Below are positions 55,328 to 62,654 of a stretch of DNA of 64,000 nt, in pieces. Numbering within the stretch: the stretch's first letter is position 1; the number at the start of each line of letters is the position of its first letter. The stretch is from a virus, in the IMG/VR virus record IMGVR_UViG_3300045988_117831; one strand, written 5' to 3'. A model generated the notes under the pieces. It saw only the letters and a list, made by a program, of their open reading frames with translations, was not told the origin of the DNA and did no database searches. The translations under genes were made by a program, and so were the position numbers.

Positions 55328-56501
55328 CTTCACCGTCGATCAGATCGAAGAGCGATTCGGCTTTCGACCAAACAGTCAGCAGATCGACGCGATCAATTCC
55401 GTTGTGGACTGGTATCGCGGTTGGTGTGATCGAGCGCACCGCCGCCAGGTCTATCGACTCGCTGGTTTCGCCGGAACTGGTAAGACTTCCATCGCGAAGA
55501 TAATCGCCGAACTTTGCTGCTCGATGGACTGGACAGTCTTCGTCGCGCCAACCGGGAAAGCAGCAGCGCGGCTTCGCGAGAAGGGTTGCACCAATGCCCG
55601 GACCCTCCACAGCTTCATCTATCGGCCGATTGGTGAAGATGAAGACGGCGAAATCATGTTTGCCAACAAAGACTCGCTCGACGAGAAGCCGAAGTTGGTC
55701 GTGCTCGACGAGTCGTCCATGATCGGCGAGTGGGATGAAGAGCGCTTGCTGTCGCACCGAATTCCGGTTCTGGAGATTGGTGACTTTGGCCAAGTTCCTC
55801 CTGTGCGCGGCGTCCAGATTTTCCATGAGAACAGCTGTGACACCATCATGACCGAAATCGAGCGCAACGCCGGCAATATCGTTCGGGCGTCGATGTTCGT
55901 CCGCCAGGGCAAGCGCCTACCCTGCCGCGAGTATGACGACATTCTGGTACGGGCCGGATTCGACATGTCGGACGACGAAATGCGGACGTTCTTGGACGAT
56001 GATGGCGTGATCCTTTGCGCCTACAACAATACTCGCCGCCGTTTGAACGCCAGGGCGCGCCGCATCCTCGGCTACAAGGGTGTACAACCGGAAATCGGCG
56101 AGAAGCTGGTGTGCACCGGGAACCAGCACGAATATGGCATCATGAACGGCGAGCAAGCAATTCTGCTGGACTTCAAGCCGGTCCCCGAAGGCCAAGAAGA
56201 TGATGACGAGCCGGATGAAATGCTGTTTGCCAAAGTTCGCATTATCGGCACGAACTATGAGCGCTGGGTGAAGTTCAATCCTCTTAGCTTTTCGGTTGAG
56301 GAAGATGTGCGGCTGGAGGCACAGAAGGCCATTGGCGGATTCGACTTCGGCTGGGCGATGACATTCCACAAGTCGCAGGGATCGGAATGGAAGCGGGTCG
56401 CAATGTTGGAAGAAAACTTGCCTTCAATTCCTTACAGCCAGTTGATGTATACTGGCATAACTCGCGCAATTGAATACTTGTTGTTTTTGCGTAAGAGTTA
56501 A
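55314..56501 (+). CDS. Dda/RecD-like superfamily-1 DNA helicase
   Basis: Walker A GFAGTGKTS, motif II VVLDESSM, C-terminal MTFHKSQGSEWKRV. Start MSASNF after GGAGAACGCAAAT. Confidence 0.75.
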   Translation: MSASNFTVDQIEERFGFRPNSQQIDAINSVVDWYRGWCDRAHRRQVYRLAGFAGTGKTSIAKIIAELCCSMDWTVFVAPTGKAAARLREKGCTNARTLHSFIYRPIGEDEDGEIMFANKDSLDEKPKLVVLDESSMIGEWDEERLLSHRIPVLEIGDFGQVPPVRGVQIFHENSCDTIMTEIERNAGNIVRASMFVRQGKRLPCREYDDILVRAGFDMSDDEMRTFLDDDGVILCAYNNTRRRLNARARRILGYKGVQPEIGEKLVCTGNQHEYGIMNGEQAILLDFKPVPEGQEDDDEPDEMLFAKVRIIGTNYERWVKFNPLSFSVEEDVRLEAQKAIGGFDFGWAMTFHKSQGSEWKRVAMLEENLPSIPYSQLMYTGITRAIEYLLFLRKS

Positions 56502-56662
56502 AAACTTCGCTAACATAAATAAGTTCCCTGGAGTCTGGACTTTCCCGAAAGAAAAATATTTAGAGAAGTTCAGGCGAAAGGTATTCCCTTCTTCAATTAG
56601 TTTAGAGATAATCCTCTCACAGGCCAATAAGCCATCCATTTAAACATTCCCGGAGTAAGAAC

Positions 56663-57556
56663 ATGGAACAGAAAGACCAGAACGAGCAGACCCAAGGCGA
56701 AGAGCTGACCAAGGAACAAGCAGCCGCCCTGCGCAAGGCCGAGAAGGCCGCTGAGCGTCAACGTAAAGAGCGCGAGCGCGCCGAGAAGGCCGAGGCCAAG
56801 GCCAAGGAAGCCGAACAGAAGAAAGCCGAGCGCGAAGAGAAGCGTAAGGCCGAGCGCGAGAAGAAAGAAGCCGAGCGCGCCGAGAAGGCGAAGGAAAAGG
56901 CCGCAGCCAAGGAAGCCGAGCGCGCTGAAAAGGCCAAGGCGAAGGAAGCCGAGCAGGCCGAGAAGGCGAAGGCGAAGGAAGCCGAGCGCGAGCAGAAGAA
57001 GGCCGAGAAGGAAGCCGAGCGCGCCAAAAAGGCCGAAGAGAAGAAGGCCGCCCAGGAAGCTCAGAAAGTAGCTCGCGAAGAAGAGCGCAAGCGCCTGGCC
57101 GAGCAGAAGAAGGCTGAGCGCGAAGCCGAGAAGCAGCGCCGCAAGGAAGAGCAGGAAGAGCGCCGCAAGAAGGCCGAAGCCCGCCGCGAAGACCTGAAGT
57201 CCAACGGCTCGCGTCGCCCCCGCGCCACTCACTTCATCCCGACCGGCGACGGCCATGGCACTCCGCAGGCCTTCTCGACTCGCGGCAAGGTGTTCGCATA
57301 CATCAACGAGCACTGCACCGTTGGTGAGCCGGTCGAAATCGAATCCTTCGGCGATAAGGTGGCCCATCTTCTCTATGGCACCTCGGTCCGCAGCTACCTG
57401 AGCAAGCTGGAAATCATGGGCTGGGTCGATCTGGTTGCCATCGCTTCGAAGGAAGACGAAGCTGGCCAGGGCGATGACGAGAAGGCCGATGACGAAGGCC
57501 AGGAGCACGGAGGTGAAGATCAGGGCGCCGATGGTTCCGAAGGTGAGGAGGAGTAA
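56663..57556 (+). CDS. Lys/Ala/Glu-repeat protein (KAKEAE-type tandem repeats) with acidic C-terminal tail
   Basis: 297 aa. About 170 aa of ...AEKAKAKEAEQAEKAKAKEAEREQKKAEKEAERAKKAEE... encoded by imperfect ~33-bp DNA repeats. Globular C-terminal region, then DDEKADDEGQEHGGEDQGADGSEGEEE. Confidence 0.6.
   Translation: MEQKDQNEQTQGEELTKEQAAALRKAEKAAERQRKERERAEKAEAKAKEAEQKKAEREEKRKAEREKKEAERAEKAKEKAAAKEAERAEKAKAKEAEQAEKAKAKEAEREQKKAEKEAERAKKAEEKKAAQEAQKVAREEERKRLAEQKKAEREAEKQRRKEEQEERRKKAEARREDLKSNGSRRPRATHFIPTGDGHGTPQAFSTRGKVFAYINEHCTVGEPVEIESFGDKVAHLLYGTSVRSYLSKLEIMGWVDLVAIASKEDEAGQGDDEKADDEGQEHGGEDQGADGSEGEEE
56790..57130 (+). repeat. imperfect ~33-bp tandem DNA repeats encoding the KAKEAE protein repeats
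   Basis: Recurrent GAGAAGGCGAAGGCGAAGGAAGCCGAGCGCG-type units. Confidence 0.6.
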
Positions 57557-57593
57557 GCCGCCGCTCCTCTGAGCCTGAATCGTCTAGCTCTTC

Positions 57594-57626
57594 AAGGGAC
57601 TCATGAAAATGGGTCCCTTTTTTATC
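57594..57626 (+). terminator. rho-independent terminator after the KAE-repeat gene
   Basis: AAGGGACTC-ATGAAAATG-GGTCCCTTTTTTAT. Confidence 0.7.
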
Positions 57627-57675
57627 CTCTCAAGTTTTGTACTCTCAAGTTTTGTACACTCATAAGGGACACATC

Positions 57676-58677
57676 ATGATTCCTGATCAGAAAGTAATCA
57701 TCGTAGGTGCCGGACTCGCCGGACTGATCGCCGCGCATCGCTTTCCTCAAGCCCAAATCATCGACGCGGCGACGCCGGAGAACAAGGAGCGCCACAACGC
57801 ACTTCTGCGATTCCGCTCGCCAGTGATTGGCCAACTCACCGGCATCCCGTTCCGCAAAGTCACTGTACACAAAGCTATCTACATCGACGGCGAGTTCATT
57901 TCCCAGCCGCGCATCGACCACTGCAACATGTACTCCAGGAAAGTAACGGGCGGCCTGTCGGACCGGTCCATCTGGAATCTGGCGACTGAAAAGCGTTGGA
58001 TCGCACCGGCCGACTACTATGAGCAGCTGGTGGCTAAGCTTGCGAATCGTATCACTTGGAGCCGTCCTTTCGACGCCTCTTTCTTCCAGTATCTTCGCCG
58101 GCAAGATGACCACGTGAATATCATCAGCACCGCGCCGTTCCGCGCCAATCTGGCTGCGGCAGGGCTGGACCTGGGAATCGACCCGTCATTCGGTGAAGGA
58201 ACCTCCATCATCGTGAGTCGATACAAGCTCTCCATCCCCTGTGATGTCTTCCAGACCGTGTATTTCCCTGGTCCTAAAGTGGGAACGTTTCGAGCGTCCA
58301 TCACCGGTGATACTCTGATCGTCGAATCCATCACTAAAGGGATAGTGGAGACTTTAGATGGTAAAATCGAAACCATCGAATGGGACAGCGACTGGGATAT
58401 GGATTACGTTTGCGCGGCCTTCGGCATCAGAAGGAAACAGCTCATCGAAGATGGCGAGCCGACCATCCAGACCAAAGGCAAAATCATTCCGCTCGGTCGC
58501 GACGAGCGCGAATCCATGATCTGGAATCTCACCCATGAGGCTGGCATCTTCTCGCTCGGCCGGTTCGCTACCTGGCGCAACGTCCTTCTGGATGATCTGG
58601 TTTCGGACATGGACGTCATCGAGCGCCTGATGACTTCTTCGTCTTATCAGAAGGCCAAGAAAATGTTCGTGAAGTAA
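57676..58677 (+). CDS. FAD/NAD(P)-binding Rossmann-fold oxidoreductase-like protein (UGM / amine-oxidase-like)
   Basis: Start MIPDQK after AAGGGA. VIIVGAGLAGLIAAH dinucleotide-binding motif. C-terminal GRFATWRNVLLDDLVSDMDVIERL resembles the C-terminal FAD-contacting segment of that fold. Confidence 0.5.
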   Translation: MIPDQKVIIVGAGLAGLIAAHRFPQAQIIDAATPENKERHNALLRFRSPVIGQLTGIPFRKVTVHKAIYIDGEFISQPRIDHCNMYSRKVTGGLSDRSIWNLATEKRWIAPADYYEQLVAKLANRITWSRPFDASFFQYLRRQDDHVNIISTAPFRANLAAAGLDLGIDPSFGEGTSIIVSRYKLSIPCDVFQTVYFPGPKVGTFRASITGDTLIVESITKGIVETLDGKIETIEWDSDWDMDYVCAAFGIRRKQLIEDGEPTIQTKGKIIPLGRDERESMIWNLTHEAGIFSLGRFATWRNVLLDDLVSDMDVIERLMTSSSYQKAKKMFVK

Positions 58678-58685
58678 TTTACAAA

Positions 58686-58764
58686 AGTGCTTTACTTCTG
58701 GATCAGGTGGGCGTAATATTCCCTCATCGAAACGCGAACCCCTTCAACCAAAAGGAATCGACAA
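58686..58764 (+). promoter_or_regulatory. repeated promoter/leader copy G
   Basis: AGTGCTTTACTTCTGGATCAGGTGGGCGTAATATTCCCTCATCGAAACGCGAACCCCTTCAACCAAAAGGAATCGACAAATG. Confidence 0.6.
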
Positions 58765-58995
58765 ATGGCCCGCGAAGTAACCTTCTCCACCGACAAGAAC
58801 CACACCAAAACCTACGCCACCAAGGCCAATCTCGAACGCGCTATCGCCAAGGCCGAGTGGCTCGGTGAAGGCGCCCGCTACTTCATCCATATGACCGAGG
58901 ACGGCCGCCTGACTCCTGTGTTCCTTCTGAATAGCCTTCCTGCAGGGGCTGGTGCCGTGTGGTGCGCTCAGCACGGCTGGAACGTGGTAGGTTAA
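58765..58995 (+). CDS. hypothetical small protein driven by promoter/leader repeat copy G
   Basis: 76 aa, MAREVTFSTDKNHTKTYATKANLERAIAKAEW... Confidence 0.45.
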   Translation: MAREVTFSTDKNHTKTYATKANLERAIAKAEWLGEGARYFIHMTEDGRLTPVFLLNSLPAGAGAVWCAQHGWNVVG

Positions 58996-59213
58996 TGGCC
59001 GTCGATCCTCGCGAAGCAGCGCTCAAGCGGGCGCTGCTAGCTTTCTTCCGGGACACCGATGCCCTTGGCGGCGGGAGTCTCACCATAACGGCCCGAATCG
59101 TCGGGCCAGAGGGCGACAGGAAGTTTCGCGCCAGTTATTTCCTGAATGGCGAGAAGTTAAGCCTGTCAGATATAATCGCTAAAGTGGAGGCCGAAGATGG
59201 GCCGGATCATTAA
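58995..59213 (+). CDS. hypothetical small protein
   Basis: Start MAVDPREAAL overlapping the upstream TAA (TAATG). Confidence 0.4.
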   Translation: MAVDPREAALKRALLAFFRDTDALGGGSLTITARIVGPEGDRKFRASYFLNGEKLSLSDIIAKVEAEDGPDH

Positions 59214-59415
59214 TATCAAAGCAGTCATTTCGCGCACCACCGAGCGCGATTCTATGGGGTCTCCGTACATCCATGAGTCTTACCGCACTTTCTCTTTCTC
59301 CGCTTCCACCACACTGGTCGCGGCCATCGACTGGGTGAAAGGCCAGTGTCCGGAAATCGTTGACATGCTCATCTACGAGCCGGAAACCGTAGCTGCTCAG
59401 CAGGAGCGCTATTGA
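59197..59415 (+). CDS. hypothetical small protein
   Basis: 72 aa, overlapping start/stop. Confidence 0.45.
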   Translation: MGRIINIKAVISRTTERDSMGSPYIHESYRTFSFSASTTLVAAIDWVKGQCPEIVDMLIYEPETVAAQQERY

Positions 59416-59681
59416 TGTACTCACCAGACCATCCTGAAGAGGTTCCCATGTCTTTCCTAGAAATGCAAATCGACCCGCCGCAAACGCGACAGACAGCGCC
59501 GTCTTTCGTGCTGGTAGGCATCCTGTACCTGATTGGCGATGGGCGCCTGGACGATAAGCCTTTCACTTCGTTCAACCTGTCGTTCGGCAGTCGAGAAGAG
59601 GCCGAGCGCGCCCGCGATAAGATTCGTGAGCACTACCTCGACCGTCGAGATATCCGCGCCGAAATCATCCGCTGCTACTGA
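59412..59681 (+). CDS. hypothetical small protein
   Basis: 89 aa, ATGA overlap. Confidence 0.45.
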   Translation: MMYSPDHPEEVPMSFLEMQIDPPQTRQTAPSFVLVGILYLIGDGRLDDKPFTSFNLSFGSREEAERARDKIREHYLDRRDIRAEIIRCY

Positions 59682-59688
59682 GGCGATC

Positions 59689-59895
59689 ATGGCTATTGAA
59701 CTCGTATACAGAACCTCTGATGGAACCGTCTTCTCGTCAGTTCATGAGGCTGAAGAGTATGAGTCTCGTCTGGAGGCCTGCGAACTGCTTAAGGAAGAGA
59801 TGGAGCAGTATGGACTTCGTAAGGAGCAAGCCCAAGGCCTGGCACTTGCTCTCACAGAAAAATTCACCTTCACGCCAATTCCGGAAGATTTCTGA
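59689..59895 (+). CDS. hypothetical small protein
   Basis: Start MAIELVYRTSDG after GAGGCGATC. Confidence 0.45.
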   Translation: MAIELVYRTSDGTVFSSVHEAEEYESRLEACELLKEEMEQYGLRKEQAQGLALALTEKFTFTPIPEDF

Positions 59896-60812
59896 TGAAG
59901 ATTTCTCTGATCAGTTACACCCAGAACGCCTGGGAACTCCTCCTGGGGACGAAATCCACCCGCATGCGCGGCCAAGACCCGGCGACCATGACCGAAGCCG
60001 AAAAGCTTGACCACTGGAAGTACATGCTGGACACCATCCGCTCGCCGTTCGAGTTCGTGGACTTCATTTTCCAGATCGAGGGTGTCAGCAAGAACTTCAC
60101 CCATCAACTCGTTCGGACTCGTACCGGGGCTTACCAGCAGGAAACCAGTCGCGCTCTGGAAATCAGCGCCGTCGTTCAGCCGGAAGCCTTCCGCTGGGAA
60201 TTCGACGAACCGGCTACGGTAAATGGCGAGCCTGACCCGACCTACCATGTCCGCGAAGAGCTGAACCGTCTGTGGCATGACGCCATTGCCGACGCGCAAA
60301 CCAGCTACCAGAAGCTTCTGGAGGCCGGCGCGTCGCTCCAGGACGCTCGTGCCATCATCCCTTCCAACATGGAAACGAAGATCGCGGCCAAGTTCAATCT
60401 GCGGACTCTCAGCGACATGGCGAAGGTTCGCCTGTGCGTTCGGACCCAGGGTGAATATCAGGAAGTATTCCGCGAAATGCGCCGGCTGGTTCTGGAAGTC
60501 TATCCTATGTTCGACAGCCTGCTCCAGCCGCACTGCGTCGCCACCGGCTCCTGCGCCTTCCCGCGCTATGGGTCGAAGGTGATGAATGAAGAGGAAATCC
60601 AGCAGAAATCCTATGACCGGTTCATGGCCGCTCTGGAGACAAAGCCAGGTCAGATTCCTGTGATTGATGTTCCGTTGGAACCTATCTACCAGTGCAAGTT
60701 CTATCGCCCCTGGATGGATCGCTCGGCCGAGCAGGAAGAACTGCGCCGCGATTTCTGGGGATCGGAAAAACAAGAGGCCAACCCTGTGGCCGTCAATGGG
60801 AAGTCCATGTAA
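59895..60812 (+). CDS. thyX: flavin-dependent thymidylate synthase (ThyX) family protein with variant signature (RTR instead of RHR) and ~100-aa Cys-containing C-terminal extension
   Basis: FIFQIEGVSKNFTHQLVRTRTGAYQQETSRA aligns with the ThyX signature ...EGISRAxxHQLVRHRxxSxSQxSQRY. Downstream ARAIIPSNMETKIAAKFNLRTLSDMAKVRLC matches the ARxxLPxxxxT...NxRxL block. Confidence 0.65.
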   Translation: MKISLISYTQNAWELLLGTKSTRMRGQDPATMTEAEKLDHWKYMLDTIRSPFEFVDFIFQIEGVSKNFTHQLVRTRTGAYQQETSRALEISAVVQPEAFRWEFDEPATVNGEPDPTYHVREELNRLWHDAIADAQTSYQKLLEAGASLQDARAIIPSNMETKIAAKFNLRTLSDMAKVRLCVRTQGEYQEVFREMRRLVLEVYPMFDSLLQPHCVATGSCAFPRYGSKVMNEEEIQQKSYDRFMAALETKPGQIPVIDVPLEPIYQCKFYRPWMDRSAEQEELRRDFWGSEKQEANPVAVNGKSM

Positions 60813-60813
60813 C

Positions 60814-61005
60814 ATGAAGATCATTGTCGAGAAAGTTGGCGACATCGCACAAGTCGAAGTGACCAACGGCAGCGAATCCATTCGCATCACGATGAACGTG
60901 CAATCGTTCGATTTCATCCAGAATGGCGAAGTTTTCCGCCTCACTTCTGATGGGACGTTCATCGATAGAACCGTCACCCAGAAAGCAACCAGTAAGGAAA
61001 TCTGA
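60814..61005 (+). CDS. hypothetical small protein
   Basis: MKIIVEKVGDIAQVEVTNG... Start 1 nt after the thyX stop. Confidence 0.4.
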   Translation: MKIIVEKVGDIAQVEVTNGSESIRITMNVQSFDFIQNGEVFRLTSDGTFIDRTVTQKATSKEI

Positions 61006-61007
61006 AT

Positions 61008-62024
61008 ATGGAACGCAAACCAAAGAATGGCATCATCATCTTCGACCTGGACGGCTGCGTATTCGACGATAGCCACCGCAAGAGCTTCGCCTTGGAACGG
61101 CAATGGGACGAGTATCATTCTCGTCTCGACAAGGACACTCTCAACCCGCACGCTGTAGGTCGCATCAGGAATGCCATCGACGCCGACCTCATGATTTTCT
61201 TCGTCACCGGCCGAACCGACAACCACTTTTTCCAGACCAGGGCCAAGCTCCACCGCGAACTCGGCATCGCCGAACATCGCGAGTATGAACTCATCATGCG
61301 GCCGTATGGTAACACCGAGCCGGCGTCTCAGTTCAAGCGGGCAGTCGCGCTCGACATCCTGAAGAAAATCGAAGGCGTCACCAAGATCGTCGCGGCGTTC
61401 GATGATCGCCAGGACATCATCGATGCCTACAATAGCCTGGGGATCGACTCCTACATCCTGAACCTGGAAGGTTGCGATGCGCCGTTCTTCGCCGTCGCGG
61501 CCGATAGCGACCCCGATAGCGCGCCCAACGACATGGCAGGCGAGCCGTTCCCGGCCGCCCCGAACTCCGCCCCTACCCTCGACGAGGCGTTTGCGAAAGC
61601 CCCGTCTCCGCTCGCTGAAACGGCTCAGTCCGAAGACCCGACCGAAGACGCCGCGCCGTTCGCCATGGAATCCGTCTGGCCGGGCGAAGATGATTCCCAT
61701 CCAGATGATTTCGCGGAAGATGTTCTCAACAATCTGTACGCCGCAGCAGAAGTCTTCCGCGCCCGCCAGAGCACCTATGGTCGCAATGATCTGATGTACG
61801 GAAAGATCATGGAAATCCTCTTCCCGAACGGCCTGGTGGCGAAGACCGCCGATGATCATCGACTCGCCATGTTCGTGATGCACATGGTGGGTAAACTCAC
61901 TCGCCTGGCGAATAGCGGGTTCAAGGATGCCGATTCGGCCTTGGACTCGATCAACTATTCGGCGTTTGTTCACGCCACCATGCGCTCCGGCCGCATCACG
62001 CCGAAAGACGGACAGAAGGCGTAA
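61008..62024 (+). CDS. HAD-superfamily phosphatase-like domain fused to an uncharacterised alpha-helical C-terminal domain
   Basis: N-terminal IIIFDLDGCVF (HAD motif I variant DxDGC), VTGR (motif II-like), AAFDDRQD (motif IV-like). An acidic linker follows, then ~130 aa of unknown function. Confidence 0.5.
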   Translation: MERKPKNGIIIFDLDGCVFDDSHRKSFALERQWDEYHSRLDKDTLNPHAVGRIRNAIDADLMIFFVTGRTDNHFFQTRAKLHRELGIAEHREYELIMRPYGNTEPASQFKRAVALDILKKIEGVTKIVAAFDDRQDIIDAYNSLGIDSYILNLEGCDAPFFAVAADSDPDSAPNDMAGEPFPAAPNSAPTLDEAFAKAPSPLAETAQSEDPTEDAAPFAMESVWPGEDDSHPDDFAEDVLNNLYAAAEVFRARQSTYGRNDLMYGKIMEILFPNGLVAKTADDHRLAMFVMHMVGKLTRLANSGFKDADSALDSINYSAFVHATMRSGRITPKDGQKA

Positions 62025-62099
62025 ATCTTCAGCCGTCGCGATATACTCCTCAGGCCGGTCGCGAAAGCAGCCGGCCTTTCGACATAAGAGGGAACAAAC

Positions 62100-62654
62100 A
62101 TGATATTCGCTGTATGGGATACTGAGACCACAGGACTCCCGTTCCACCAAAGGGTGAGTCTGAGAAAGCAGCCGAGAATCATCGAATTCGCCGGCGTGAT
62201 AACTGATGGCGAAAAGATTTTGGATGAAGTAGAGTTCATCTGCAATCCTGGAATCGTTATCGAGGAAATCATCACCAAGATCACCGGGTTGAAGAACGAA
62301 GACCTGATCAAGCACCCATCTTTCCTCGATCAGCGCCAGAAAGTTCGCGACTTCTTTTCCAGAGCCGACGCGAATATTGCCCACAACCTGCCATTCGATA
62401 AGTTCATGCTGACCTGCGATCTGGCTCGCGGCAAGTTCGGCCTGGACGAAGTCAATTTCCCATCGCTCGATATCTGTACTGTGGAAGAGTCGGCGCCGTT
62501 GTTCGGCCACCGCATGCGGCTGCAACATCTTTATGAGCACTACTGCGGCCCATATGTACAGAAACACCGGGCGCTCGACGACGTGCGACTGCTCCACGAA
62601 GTCTGCAAGCGCATGGGAGTGTATCGGGCGTATCAAGCAATGGAGGCCGCATGA
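62100..62654 (+). CDS. DnaQ-like 3'-5' exonuclease (DEDDh proofreading-subunit family)
   Basis: Exo I WDTETTGLP, Exo II IAHNLPFDKFML, Exo III HRALDDVRLLHEV. Confidence 0.7.
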   Translation: MIFAVWDTETTGLPFHQRVSLRKQPRIIEFAGVITDGEKILDEVEFICNPGIVIEEIITKITGLKNEDLIKHPSFLDQRQKVRDFFSRADANIAHNLPFDKFMLTCDLARGKFGLDEVNFPSLDICTVEESAPLFGHRMRLQHLYEHYCGPYVQKHRALDDVRLLHEVCKRMGVYRAYQAMEAA

